From Chrysomallon squamiferum (Eukaryota > Animalia > Mollusca), in assembly GCA_012295275.1 (NCBI GenBank), contig CM022669.1, forward strand, positions 13,392,001 to 13,456,000: 64,000 bases of DNA, given 5' to 3'. A program made the translations under genes and the position numbers. Shown one piece after another: positions 15,271 through 29,870 of this stretch. Under the pieces are notes generated by a model. That model was not told the DNA's origin and did not search any database. It saw only the letters and a list, made by a program, of their open reading frames with translations. Within the stretch, counting starts at the first letter, position 1; each line of letters starts with the position of its first letter.

Positions 15271-16021
15271 CACGCAATTTTTTTTGAGGCTTATTTATTT
15301 ACATATTTATTTATTTAGTTTTTTATTCATTGTTTAATTTATTTATTGGTTTGTTTGTTTATTTATGTTTTGATGAATACTGTAAATATAAATATACCTA
15401 GAAACTATCAGTAATATTATCAGAGGCATTTAGCAAACAGCACCCCAAAAAATTTACTCAATATAGCATAAAACAATGACATAATTATCTTCTAAAATAT
15501 ATGTATTTTCCAGTAATATTTTCTGATTTTATACCCTGAAGGCCGAAACAACTGATACTGCATAAATAATTTTTAATCATAAAAACAAAAAATGTTTAGT
15601 TTCGTGAATATAAGTTTTTTTCAAAAATTTGATATTTTTGTCTTAAGGTTTTGTTTGAATATTAGCATCGTTATGGAATAAAATAACTGAACTGTGTTGT
15701 GTTTAATAGTTTTTAAAGCTTAATTACGTTTTAAGAAAAGAAAAAAAAAGGAGAGAAATCTCTATTATATTGTAGAACCCTGTGTCAAACATATTTGTAA
15801 AATATTTGTAATTTTCATTACCTTTAATTTATTGTAAAACATATTCGACAAAAGGTGCCTTCAATTTATTGTTAATATATGTATATATATGTATACTCAC
15901 ACACACAGACACACACACACACACATTTAAACACATACATACATACACACACACACATATATACACCCACCCACCCACACATACATAAATCCGTACATAC
16001 ATACATATCTAAATGTGTGTT

Positions 16022-16075
<54 letters not shown>

Positions 16076-16229
16076 CAATAAATTTCACATAACATTATAA
16101 ACCAGTGCATCTGTCAAAGTTAAATATTTATCTACACATCATTATTAAACATATTTATTACATACACCTTCTTTAACTCTGTCAAAAGCACTGTCTGAGG
16201 TTTAATTCGCTAAACAAACAAATAACAGA

Positions 16230-16790
16230 ACCAAAAAAAATTCCGTGAACTGAAATGACCGTCGCGTACGTTTAACTGTCGTGTTACGAAAGCTAATTTA
16301 CAATCCCGTATTGGTTTCCATTCATGCAAGTGGACGCAACCAAAATCAAAATCATTTATTGTCTGAGAAATTTTTTCAGTGGTTTGAACGTTTCAATTTC
16401 ATCTGCAAATTGTTTCATTAATTTTCAGAATGTGAATCGGGACACGAAGGTTATAGAAAACATTTCCGATGTTTTTTTATTTTTTTTATTGTTATTATTA
16501 TCGTTATTTAAATTTTTGTGGCATTAGTCTTTAAATATGTTTTTTTTTTTATGTCTTTTTGTTTTTATGGCCATGTGAAGTTGATAAATGTTTACACAAG
16601 TAATGTGAGAAGTGGAAGGCTATAGCAGTCAGTTTTGTAAACTAAAAGCAGAGGGAAGAATTTGATCAGAGTAATAACATGTAGTATCAGTTTAGTGCTG
16701 GTTTGATTCGATAAAGACCTACGTTTAGCAAAATCTCAGATCAGTGACAGTCAGTGATATACGTTGGAGCGTGTTCACTTAAAACCTAAA
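16230..16790 (+). mobile_element. Degenerate RTE/RTE-X LINE ORF2 C-terminal relic
   Basis: KKFRELK*P..CRV (16235), CLRNFFSG..IENISDV, FYGHV (16563-16577)..KSRGK..DKDLRL..SDSQ* are collinear with KFRELLP..RVKG, CLR.., WYGHV..RGRP..KDL..DR..W. Confidence 0.55.
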
Positions 16791-17779
16791 AACTGTATTA
16801 GTGTTTTGTGTTGTTTCAATGATCCAGCTGCCAATAAGTTAATGAATGAATGTATAAATGGGTAAATGAATGAATGAATAAATGAGTAAAAGAATAAATG
16901 AATAAGAATATAAATAAAAGCATTATTATATTAATAATTTTATTTTTTTTTAAATTTTTTATCATTATTATTATTATTATATATTTTTTTCTTGCCAAGA
17001 AAGAAAAAAAAGAGAGATATTTTTGATAATGACAAATTTGTCATCCGACAAACGTTTGTTAAAGATTATCAATTAGTGTGATAGGATTTCTCAACCATAT
17101 AACATTTTATTATTATCATTCAGCACTGATTAGTAACTGCTTTTAAACGAAGCGACAAAATGTAGCGATAACAAAAAAAAAAAAATTACAGAATTGCTTC
17201 CAACAATCAGAAAGAAAAAAGTATTTAAATATAGTTCATACAATTAGGTTTCATTTTTCTCAAAATAACCTATAGATCATAATTATCGTTATCGTCATTG
17301 TCAGAAAGAACATAAATATTCAGAGAAAAAAAAGCCAGTTTTTTATACGAAAGTGAATGAGAAAGATAATTAACGATCTAGAACAAAAAGCGATGGTCGG
17401 AACGGGAGAATTATATTTTTTTTAATTTCAAGAAATCAGTGTTAACTATGCATATCCGAATATCTCAATATAGCCGTTTAATCTGCTAATTATCATTAAA
17501 AAAAAAGTTGTAAAAATAATAACTATATAAAAAGAAGAAAATGTAAAAACACGAAATGAATCAAAACAAAATAATAGAAAACGATTAACCGTAGTACAGT
17601 ACAATTCAATACAACGCAATTCAAAAATAAAACAATACCATAGTAACATGCTGGAGGGTACGATTGTGTGTGTGTGTTTGATAATTTACAAATATATTCC
17701 CCCAAAAAGTGTATTATTTTTATTAAAAAAACATCAGAGTACTGCAAAACACTAATATTCTCATGTATTCCCTTCACAG

Positions 17780-18358
17780 AGAAATGACAAAGTTGCTATT
17801 AATTCTTCAGATAAGCTGTAATCATAAAACTAATGGTTTCCAAAATAAAAAAAGTACTCGCGTATTTTCTGTACTTATTAAGAAAGCTTTCATTTTCCTA
17901 TCCTATAAAATTCCGCTGAATTCCTTTCATTGGCGAAGCATACTTGTGTGCACCTTTAATCAGTACCCTGATATTTTCTAAGTTATCAACATAACCTGAC
18001 CTTTTCGGTTAATGAGAGTGTCTATATTTTTAATAGTGTGTTAACATATTCGCGTATTTCGTAAAGTGAAAAGGCCAGTACAATTTACCCGTTGATAACA
18101 AATATCAATAATCTTATTACAGAAAGAAGCAGCGGAACATTAGAAAATACCAGTAAACTGTTTACAGGGACAATACCAGTGTACTATTTATTTGGACAAA
18201 TATCTGTATTGTTACTTCATCGGAAAAATCATGTTTGAGCAGAAGAAGAAGAATGATGGTATTTCATAAAATGTATCCCAGTTAAAAACTCCCACGTAAA
18301 TAGTATGCTTTGTGAAAATATTTTTGCTATTTTTTGTTGTAATTTGGAAAACAACCCC

Positions 18359-18395
<37 letters not shown>

Positions 18396-18500
18396 TTCAA
18401 GAACTGTTTGCATTAGAAGATGTAAATTGCAGTAAATGTTGTTATTACATAGAACAGATTAAAACTGCCGTAGCTGTGAGTGAACAAAAAGCATTTTAAT
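17780..18500 (+). mobile_element. Possible decayed RTE LINE fragment(s)
   Basis: TRVFSVLI..LNSFHWRSIL..YPD and NFQEL..EDVNCSK..QIKTAVAV..KAF resemble RTE motifs, but weakly. Confidence 0.3.
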
Positions 18501-19057
18501 TGCTAAATTCTTGTTTCTAGTTAAAAATCAATTTTCAATTTACGATTTTCTTTTTTCCTCGAGTTAAAAAGATAATCCAAGTTTGCACGTTTCTCTATTA
18601 AAGCATTACGATTTTCTTTTAAGAACATACTTCGAAGGAGGAAAACAAACAAAACAAGAAAATTTAAGAATTACCGGATTTAAAAAAAATCTGTATTTAT
18701 CTTTTTTTCAAAATTACATACTTTTGACAGAAACGAATTTAATAAATGTACGAAGCTTAGTTCTGAAAATATTAATACGAAATAATAATAGGAATAAGAA
18801 TATTTTATTTGCAAGTTATTTATCGTAAAGACGAATTATTATTATTATTATTTTTTTTTAAATTGTTTATGTATTATGCTGTTTTGTTGAGTTCTGGGGT
18901 TGTTTTTGATATATACACTAATGGTTTTTCTGACAATAGGATTCCTGATTCAATTAGACAGTGTCAAGTTAGTTCAAAGGTAATTACAGTTACTTGTATT
19001 CAGTAGTGTGTGAATCACAAAGTTATAGATTTCAAGGTAAACCATGTGTGTCTTAAT

Positions 19058-19545
19058 ATGTATGTATCTGTGTATGTGTGTGTATGTATGTATGTATGTA
19101 TGTATGTATATATGTATGTATGTGTATATATGTATGTACGTATGCATGTATGTATGTATCTATGTATCTATGTATGTATGTATTTATGTATGTATCTATG
19201 TATGTATGTATGTAAGTGTATGTATTTATGTATGTATCTATGTATGTATGTATGTATGTATGTATGTATGTATGTATGTATGTATGTATGTATGTATGTA
19301 TGTATGTGTATATATGTATGTACGTATGCATGTATGTATGTATCTATGTATCTATGTATGTGTGTATGTATGTAAGTGTATGTATTTATGTATGTATCTA
19401 TGTATGTATGTATGTATGTAAGTGTATGTATGTATGTATGTATGTATGTATGTATGTATGTATGTATGTATGTGTATGTATTTATGTATGTATGTAGGTA
19501 TATGTATATGTATATGTATATGAATATGTATGTGTTTATGTGTGT
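19058..19545. repeat. (TATG)n tetranucleotide array with a duplicated internal block
   Basis: Read directly. Confidence 0.95.
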
Positions 19546-20311
19546 ATCTGCGTAAGAATGCATATAAAATAAAACATATAGGTGAAGACACAAATATATG
19601 CATGTCGGTGCATAAGTGTGTGTTAAAACATAACAGTCTTCTCTTTTTTTCTTCTCTTTAAAAAATAAAAAATAAAATAAAATAACACAACATTTTAATA
19701 TTATAATCGCTGACAGAAACTTAACGATAATTCAAGTCCATTTGGTGTTTTCATACACCTCGCTTGCTATTTCTTATTTTGTCACGTTTTCCATTTATTT
19801 ACTTTTTTCTTTTCTAAGGCCGTCTGTGTCAGACTGATTAAATTCGTCATATTTGTCCACGGCCAAATGTCAACTCAGTTCAAGCCGTCGACTCCCTCGG
19901 TAACATCACAGAAAGTTGCCGAATCAAGCATCGCAGTCAACATCAGCTGGGAAAATTAAACTTCAAAAGAATGTTTGAAGAGCCAATTTTGTATCCTTAC
20001 CGGCTGAGGATTAGCAACCAGACTGTCGAAATTGGTGATGCGGTTATGTAATTTTAAGCTGGTATAGAAAAAAAAAAAAAAAAAAAATTTTAGCTTAGCA
20101 CGTAGCTGCTATTGACGGCAAAATAAAGTTTCTGGAATTACTCCGTTTGAAAATTCTAAATAGCTGAACTGGTCCGTTAATGATGATCGATCCAGCAGAC
20201 TTCTGCTCCAGTTTATTGAATCTCCCTAAAGAGCCAGCGATAATGCGTTTTTTTTTCTTCCCCCACATACTTACCTAAACAAATACATACAGACACACAT
20301 ATATACAGCGA

Positions 20312-20445
20312 CATCTGCTAGGGTTTGTGAAGTCGTGATTGGATTTTGTCATCTTGCTAAAGTTTGTTCTCGAATATTGTCTGTGTGCGGAGTCTAATCA
20401 GACGTACATTAAACCGAGAATATTCAAAATCTTAAAACTACACAC
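20312..20445 (+). mobile_element. tRNA-derived SINE family A, 3' half
   Basis: gggtttgtgaagtcgtgattgga...cgaatattgtctgtgtgc..gtctaatcagacgta...gagaatattcaaaatcttaaaac matches 36360-36480 and 20530-20645. Confidence 0.8.
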
Positions 20446-20650
20446 TTGGGGCCCGAGTGTATATCGTCGTCCGACTACGGATTGCGAGAAAACAACAGTC
20501 ATACGTTCGAGTCTCGAAAGCGGCACCGACGTTTGTGACGTAGTGACTGGTCTTCGTCTTCTTGTGTCACTGCGTCCTCGAATATTGTCTGTGTGCACAA
20601 TCTAATCAGACGTATACCAGACAGAGAGTATTCAATCCTAAATACATAAG
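20446..20650 (+). mobile_element. tRNA-derived SINE family A, near full length, head-to-tail with the previous copy
   Basis: Head tcgtccgactacggattg (tRNA-Arg ACG-like anticodon arm), B-box GTTCGAGTC, same 3' body, tail running into (TACA)n. Confidence 0.8.
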
Positions 20651-21649
20651 ATATACATATACATACACACATACATACAAGCATATATACACACACATAC
20701 ATACAAGCATATATACACTCACATACATACAAGCATATATATACACACATTCATGTTCATGAATATGTGTATCTGGGTATAGGCTTATATATGTATCAAC
20801 TATGTATGAAATTTAAAAATTTTAGCTTCTTCTTTATAGAAAAAAAAAAAATGAAAAAGATGTCTGTTATATTCGAAAATATTAAAACTATTTGAAGAAA
20901 TTAATTCAGTGGACAGTATTTATAATAATCGTGATTACTTTCCCACGCTTTTCATTAAATTTGCTTAAAATAATAATAAAAAAACCAATACAAATACAAA
21001 AGTTGAAATTTTACCAATCGCTCTGGGTTTTAAAATCATCGAATGACACTGAAGAGTTATAAACTGCATTTTAATGAAGTTTTATTTGATCTGACAAGCA
21101 GCTTTTCGGAGACACACAAAAACCCCCAAAATATTCTACTTTCACTATAAAACGTCTTTGATGTACGATTCATTAAAATGCACGGCTGTGAATTTGTCGG
21201 GGCATTTTGTGATCAAAGCCAGTAAAACACGCAGAAACGCTCTACAGTTTAATAAGGCATCGTGTGGCTCTATTTAATTATTATTTCAAACTCAGTTAAC
21301 AAGAAAAAGATACCACGTTTTAATAATGAGCGGTAATTTCTCTACACCTTCGTTAATGACCTGCAGGTTTATAATTGTATGTTGAGCTCTTTTTCTTATA
21401 ATAATGAAAGCTCTTGGCTGCCTGCTTTGTGTTCCAACTGATACCTTTATGCTATGCAGAACATTTTTTTTTTTTTTTTTTTTTTTTCTATTAATAAATG
21501 TTTAAGAATCTGTTTTATAGCTGTTGTATTTAGTTAGAGGTCGATGGTAAGTGTAACTGTTATTACAACGAAAATGTATTTTGCGTTTAACTTTTTCTAT
21601 AAATACAAACTATAATAACGATAACAACAGCGAAACAGCAAAAGAAATC

Positions 21650-21709
<60 letters not shown>

Positions 21710-22266
21710 TTAATAATAATTAGAAGAAAAAGAAGATTACGACGAAAAGAAAAAAATAAACAAACAGAATATAAAAGGAACAAAACCACGGACTATAACT
21801 GTAGCAATAAAAGAACAGAAATAGCTGTGACAGATCGTAAAGCTGAATCAGACAATGTTAATGGTATCAGTTTACGTTAAAACACGATATGAAAGTGGTA
21901 TTTTACTCTTTGTTTACGACAGTTTTAGTTACAGATATCTTAATAATCGGGAAACGAGGAATTCCGCTATTGGCGATGAAAGAGAATCTATTTTTCTTCT
22001 TTCTTTCTTTCTTTCTTTTTTTAGTGTGTACAGTCGAAACAGAAATAGTTCTTTGAACAGTGTATAATTTTTTTCTGTCTTCTTTTTTGTTAGCATATTT
22101 GTTAGAACATTACGTGTATGGAATGAAGTGATATGATCGTAAATCGATTATTCTTCATTAAGTAGAACACATATGTGTGTGTGAATATGTCTGCGTGTGT
22201 GTATTTATATATAGATATATATGTATATATACACACGCAGACATACACACACACAGACAGACAGAC

Positions 22267-22350
<84 letters not shown>

Positions 22351-22359
22351 GAATTGTAT

Positions 22360-22490
22360 CGCTTTCTTTTTGTGAGACGCAATATAGTATGCCACACAGT
22401 AATACAAGGTTGTCTCGATGGCCGAACGGTAACGTCATCAGCCTTCGGATTGCGGGTGGGCGAATGGGTGCCATACGTTCGAGTCTGTGG
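22360..22490 (+). mobile_element. tRNA-derived SINE family A, 5' head only
   Basis: A-box-like TGGCCGAACGGT (~22419-22430), cttcggattg, B-box GTTCGAGTC (22477-22485); matches 36280-36345. Confidence 0.8.
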
Positions 22491-23521
22491 AAAAACACAC
22501 ACTCACACACACATACACAGACTGATTCATACATACACGCGTACACGCAAACACATTTAATGTATTGCTTTATTTTTTTAAACAAATGTCCATTTATTCA
22601 TTATTTATTTTACTGACAGCGATTACAAGAACAAACAAGAAAAACATTTAGTACCAGCTTTAATAATCAACGTATTTGTTAAATCTAAGTATCGAAACTG
22701 AAATACAATTCTCGTAATCTGTACACAGAATAATCCTATAATCTTACACTATTCACAGTACTGCTGTATCAAATGTCTAACACCGTTGTTAGTGTCCAGT
22801 TGTCGGTTATGTACGTCCATCACTAGTTTACCGATCATTTTGTCCTAGCGTCTAACGATGTCTTAAAATTTATCTTAATCTCTATAATTTCGCATTAGCT
22901 GTCAGTTTCAAATGGATTATTATAGAAATATTTACCTTGGTTTTTGTTTCTTATCTTCATCATGATGAAAAATGATTTAATTAAGATATCGTTTTAGTCT
23001 CGGTGGAAATATATCTCAGAAATATTCACTGATGAACGGATATCCAGTCGCAGTCGATCATACGTTAAAAAGGAAATTATTTACGTTTTGCGTGAGTTAA
23101 TCTTATTTAAAAGAATGGTTTGACAGCAGTGAAGATTAAATTTCGACAAGTTAAACCATGAAATGTCGCTAGTTTTCTGTTCTGTTGTTTCTTGACCAGA
23201 CTAATCTTTAGAAAAGGTCGTTTGAAATTTGAAATTTGAAAATGTCCGATTTTCGTTTAACCTGACGGCAAAATAACTGAAATTTTGTTAAGTAATTTTT
23301 TTTAGTTTCAGTAAAATGACGAGTACTTCGTTCCTTCTTATTAATTGCATTTGGCGAACATATGTATGAGTGTATGTGTGGCTATGTGTGTATCTGTGCG
23401 TCTGTATGTATAGACATATATATATATGTAAACCTATGTCTATTCTTACAACGTTCTCACATTTATAAAATTCGCCACAACGATCTTTAATCAGATATTT
23501 ATCATTGTTTAAAAACACAAA

Positions 23522-23692
<171 letters not shown>

Positions 23693-24175
23693 GTATATTA
23701 AGGAAGTAGAAGAAAAAAATATATCGATAATTTCATATCACTTCCTGATCCGCTACCACTTTTTTTTTCTTTTTTTTTTTTAATGTATATATAGTAATTG
23801 TCAAACTTGGTTCACTGGGTTTAATCTTACAATATGCTCTGAACAAAAAATCAAAACAATCACGTGAAAACCTTAAATGTTACTTAGCGTCTGGAATTCT
23901 GGACTAATGTGAATAATTCTTCAGGATTCACATAAGTGAAGACTTAGCAGTGTAATGAATGACAGATGAACTTGTATCTTTTACAAGAGTGCCACAGCCG
24001 CCTTCCAACAGTGCAGCACGACCACTGAACAACACCAACAGCAGCAACAACAGCAGCAACACCACCAACAACAAAACATTAATAACAAAACAAGGGCAAA
24101 AACATAATTAAACCTGAAAATTAAAATGAAACAGGACTGATAATAATAACATAAATAAATAGATAAATAAATAAG

Positions 24176-24218
<43 letters not shown>

Positions 24219-26011
24219 CTGAATGGATAAATATATTAATGAATAAATAAATTTTAAAAATTTAAAAAAACAAACAAATAGAACACTAATAGTAAAGCTA
24301 ACAACAACAACACCAACAACTAAACACATTATAACTTTTTTAATCCGTTTCATGTATGTTGTTATTTTCTCACCTGTCATATTCTATTTTCTTGTTACTT
24401 TTCCCTATTTCTAAGAAAAAAATATAATATATCAAGTATACTGTCTGAAAAAAAAAAACCCACCACCCCTACTTGAAGACTTCTTACTCATTCCACAATA
24501 TACTACAACTGCGCATGCTCGTTATATGACAAAAGATTAATGAACAAGTAATTGTTTGACGACGGTTCAGTATTAACTGTTATTAACTTGCAGACTTTCT
24601 GTTTTGTGAAGCTGAAGTCAGCGACACGATTTTACAACGCAGCAAATTAACAATGATTGTTTAATCACGTTTCAGGCAAATTTATGTGTTTTATGACATC
24701 TACAACTACGTCATAATAGACCAGAAAAAAAAAAAAAAAAAAAGAAAAAAGGTTAAAATATTTTGTGAGTTTTTAGATTTAGTTTATTTCCTTTTAAAAA
24801 GTATTTGTTTTAGCAAAGAAGAAACATGCGTTAATATATAATGCGAGAAAAACAATTTAAAAATAATAAGAAAATGTGTGGAGAGATAGAACGATATCTG
24901 AGATAATACTGCAATTAGGACGATATGTATAGAGGGATAGTCAGACAGACTGACACAGATACATTCCGATATGTGTGTATGAGTGTATGTTTGTGTGTAT
25001 GTATGTGTGTGTGGATAAATAGATTATTAAATAAGACAGATAAGTGAATAGGTTAATAGACAAAGAGACACACAGACTGACAGATGGAAAGACATTACGA
25101 CAGACAGACAGAGAGACATATAGACAAACAGACAGAGACAAACATTCAGATAGACAAATATTCAGAGACAGACAGACAGACAGACAGATCGATAGACAGA
25201 CATGTGCAGATAAAGTAGACACGGCGACGATAAACACGGAGAGGAAAAATGCTTTTATTACTGTAATTAACAACCAACCAACCAAAATCTTAAAGCAATA
25301 ACGCATTTCTGTCTTTCTTTCTGTCGTTACTTGGTTTGTATTATTTAATTGTTTGTTTGTTTGTTTGTTTCGTTCGTTGGTTGTTAATCACAGCAATAAA
25401 GAACAAGAAAGTTGAGAATTATTTTCAAAATGATTTTTTTTTTCTCTCTCTCTCTTCTTTATTGCATATCGTCCCACGCTTGATTACTCCTTTCTTTAAC
25501 TTAGGGCAGTAAAAAGTACATTATACTGCGCCAGTAAATTACGCGCTGTTTGTGATTACTGTTATAATCCTTACAATAACGCGGGCTCATTGCCTATACA
25601 CAGCCGAATTTGAGAAAGATTTTATAACCTAACACATTAACAAGTATCCTTCTGTCTCGCTGAACGCGCTAATGTGATGTAGATTTTGCAGACACGAGGG
25701 ATTGAAAGGTGCTTTATTAATTCTCGATACGCACGTAAAATGGAAAACTGTTAGCAACATCTATAGCTGCGCCGTTTTCTGGATTTCGATCATTCTCTTG
25801 GCCTTGTTTGCGTTTGGTGTAAAATTAAATTCATTGAAGTGTGTTTTTGTTTTAGAAAAAAAAAAACAACTAAAGTATGAATCAGGAATTTGAATGTATT
25901 TTGAACTTAGATATTGTTATTAGTCTTAAACTGATTGTAGACAGACTAACAAAGAGTTTCGCAGACTGAAATTCCGAGTGACGTAGGCACACATATACAT
26001 TTATCTATTGT

Positions 26012-26111
<100 letters not shown>

Positions 26112-26599
26112 ATATATATATATATATATATAATATAATATAAAGAGTCAGACATACAGATGGATAGAAAGACATATAGGTGGATTTAAATAGATATGTG
26201 TATATCTATGGGCTACATCCATCAATCTGTCCATACACATAGATGTACGCAACGTACGCACGCGCCCTCACATACAGCACTGTAGCTTAACTGGTCCTTT
26301 GATACATCATTATATTTGGTTATTTTAAAAGTACAGGCATTTCTAATATATATTTTCATTTATAATGTCAGTTTTATAACAATTTAAAAAAAAAAAAAAA
26401 AGAGACACGTATTAAACACATTTAGTAAATACCTACCTATATAAATAATTAAGCAAATCTGATGTCTGAACGTTATCATAACAATTATGATATAAAATCT
26501 TATATCACACAACCTATTTTTTGTGGGCAAGGGAATTTTTTTTTTAAAATTGAAGATACTTATCAAAAATAGACAGAAATAATTACAAGTTATCGATAG

Positions 26600-26870
26600 C
26601 CTTGTAAGGAATACGAGATGAAAGAAATTACAAAAAGATGATACGTCATCGTTTAGATGGGGAAATGGCTATGTAGTGTCAAAGAAAAAGGGACGATACT
26701 TAAAGGTTATTTTAATTAGCGAAATACAGATTACAGCGAAGAAGTATTTCTAGCGAAATAACGTTAACTTCGTAAAGTAAAAATGTTAATCCCTTTATAA
26801 TGGTTCATCCTCACAAAATGTACTGGAGGAAAGTATTTCGTTTGTGACATCCTAGACACGCTGACTTGAA
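26600..26870 (+). mobile_element. Possible RTE-X LINE ORF2 C-terminal relic
   Basis: MIRHRL/RWGNGYV..RYLKVIL..MYWRKV resembles IR.RRLRW.GHV..R.LK.IL..WRK. Confidence 0.4.
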
Positions 26871-28989
26871 AAAGAAAAAGTAATAAAATGCTTCATATAT
26901 ATATATATATTTTCTAGATAAAAAGATTGAGAGTTTACTGTACTTAAAGTAATCAGTGGCGAGTGATTGTCACACTGCATTGTTCATAAAGACACACACA
27001 CACACGTACATTGAGAGAGAAACAGATAAAGAGACGAATAGATAGAAAGATAGAAACAAACACACACACACACACACACATACATATACATACAAAGAGA
27101 CGATAGATAGATAAATATATAGATGTATAGACAGACAGCTATATAGACAGCAGACAGACAGACAGTTATATATATATAAGGGTCAGATAAGGGAATAACA
27201 AAAATCAAGCATTAAATAAAAAGTAAATAAAAACGCAGACTAAAAAATAATAATAACTGTAAAACGTAACATAAAAGACACCTAGTTTTCATGTTCACTG
27301 CTATCATTTTATTAATCTTTCACGTGAACGCTTTTTATTACCTGTTTTCTCTAACTTCCCCCAAATAACCATGCCATTCAAATATTCTTCTAACAAAAAT
27401 AATCAAACTAAGATTAGGACTGGTTTATTGCTGTAAGTTTATAACTTCAATAAAATCTTAGGAAATTTGTTTAAATAAACATACCTAAGAATAAACATTC
27501 AGATTTGAAAATTAATTAATTTGATTAATTATTCCGATATTTATTTCTAATCTACAATAGTAATTTGTGCTAGGTCTTTCGTCTGAAATAATTTCCATCA
27601 GGCAATTTTTTTTCTCCATCCATTCATTAAAATCTTTACATTGATGCTTGTATTTGTTTTTATCATTGACTTTTCAATTTTGTTTATTTTCAACCTCCCT
27701 TTCTTTTTTCTCTTTTTCTCTTTTTTTTTTTTTTTTTTTTATCTTACGTGGGTGTTACGTATACATTATTTATTTGTTGATCTATAAACGTCAGTTCATT
27801 ACCTGGCTGTGACTACCAATCAGCGGATGAGTCAAATCGAATCTGCGGGCTGAAGAGTACAGAGACGACGGGTCTGGTTTTAGATTAACCCAGATTGAGA
27901 AGTCTCAGCGAGAGAAATCAGTAGGGATGCTGTGTCATTTCCATTTAAATTACCTCCATGTTGTTTTAACCGGGCCCGTAGTTTTGTTGGCAGCGGTCTC
28001 CGACTGCGGTCTAACGTTTGAGAGTTTGCAAAAATATATTCGGTAATTTTCTATTGTTGTACGGCTTCGATAATTAGACGATAGAGTTATCGTCCCTGAT
28101 GCAGGGCGTATAATGACCTAGGGGTCGCTGTTGGTTGTCGTATTCTGTCTCTAAAACCCAGGCGGCGCGTTTGTGCTCTTCATTTGAACCTCGTGAACTA
28201 TACAGATCGTTGTGGTTTACTGTTGAATATTAATAAAATAGGAAATGCCGTAGTTTCTATGTTGTAACTTTCAGAGCAGGCGGGAAAGGTCAATGGGAAA
28301 GTTTAATTTTACGTTACAAATTAATCTTCTAGATAATTTTTTGGTTTGGGAAACGGAAGCTTGTTTTGCTGTGGAAGAAAGTAAGGTGGAATCGTACGTG
28401 TAAAGAAGAAAACGAGATGTAATGTTAAACCGTTGAATAATCTTGTTTTACAAAGACGCCAAAAGACCTCTGTATATACGATTTGTTTTGTTTTCAATAT
28501 TTCTTGTTCTAAAATTTATTCTATGTCTTCGTCATCTACATTTACACAGCTTCTTGTCGTCATCATCATCTTTATTATTATTATCATTATTACAAGCTGT
28601 GCCGAATATTTAAAGAGAAGGTTACTCTTTTTTTTCTTCAGAACTTCTGACCAGTGACAGTTAAAAAGAAAAATTAAGCAAAATCCAATTATCATAAAAA
28701 TACATCAACAATAAATTCCCTTATATCCCTTTTCAATGACATGACTTCTTCTCATCTTTAATCTAAATAACAACTTAGTGAAACGTTCACGATATTCTGA
28801 TTATGATAAACCAACAACCAAAACCATTATGTCCACAGCACACTTTCTTCTTATTATTTTGAACCTGGTTGTAATTTCGTTGAGTACGACAAAATCATTT
28901 AGTTAATGTTGCTCGTTTGTAGTTGATTGTTATGTATCCCTCCTGCTCTTTCTACACGATATACACGTTAGATTTACTGCAGTAACTCA

Positions 28990-29870
28990 CACAAACGTCT
29001 CATACGAATAATGTCACTGATTCTTGCCGGCAACAAACTCTTCAAACAGCCGACGTGGGTAAAATAATGAACTCCGGAAAACCTTTCGGAATTACACGCA
29101 TATCAAACACCAGCCGGACTTTTTCCTTTGGGATTTTGACACATTTTCATCGCGACCTCATTCTGCATCATTCTGGCTCCGATGTAATAAACAAGAATCC
29201 CCTGACATTTCTGAACGCACTGCAAGCGGAGCAAGACAATGTAGATTCTTTTCCTTGTCATTCCCCCCCCCCAAATAATATGAAAAAAAAAAAAAAAAAA
29301 AAATTGTTTCAGAAATTGTTGGCAAACACAAAAAAACAAAACATGAAATATACCGAGCTTCATTTATTGTGTTTGTTGGTCAGTAGGTGGCGCTGTCGAT
29401 ATGCAAAAATATTAATTTTGCAACAATCCTCTCGTTGTCTCTTCTGATTTGAGTCTTTGTAACATTCTTAACAGAAAACTTCGGTGCCATACAGATTCAG
29501 AGTTCATTAAATACAACGATTCAAAACGTTGCCCTATTGATTTGTCGGTGCATCTTCAGCTCTGAACTGGAATCATTATGCCTTGATGCAAGGCCAAAGT
29601 TCTTAGCATTCTTCTCACAGATCTGTCATTCCATCTTCTTGAAAACTTCATCTTACATTCAAACAATAAATCGTACTCAATAGGCGAAACCTGATAATCC
29701 TGGCTGGCTATTTATTAGCACTGAAGTCTCGGTGATCTGAGAAATCCTAATGTCTTATTTCATAATTGTTGGGGCGAAGATTTATTGAGTTTGTTGACTG
29801 TAGTTGTAATTGCATCTGATGGGTCTCGTGTTCAATCCTCAACAACGCACAATTTGGGCAGTTTCAAATT
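28990..29870 (-). mobile_element. Degenerate RTE-clade LINE, 3' ~0.9 kb of ORF2 (RT YADD region to C-terminus)
   Basis: Collinear motifs: LKLPKLCVVED (NLRFADD), VNKLNKSS, KNAKNFG..NDSSSE..RQINRAT..FNEL*IC, TKTQIR..IFLH.DSATY*, KLGIFH..C..IIWGGGMT..IY, ARM..NPKGKSPAG, AGKNQ*. ORF 29103-29363 is part of it. Confidence 0.7.
29377..29395 (+). promoter_or_regulatory. CTCF-type binding motif
   Basis: TGGTCAGTAGGTGGCGCTG compared with consensus TGGCCASYAGRKGGCRSYR. Confidence 0.5.

Noticed and set aside
29770-29840. tRNA-Tyr-like pseudogene (gactgtag...gtgttcaatcc)
   Set aside because: No acceptor or D stem pairing; better explained as the antisense of the RTE relic.
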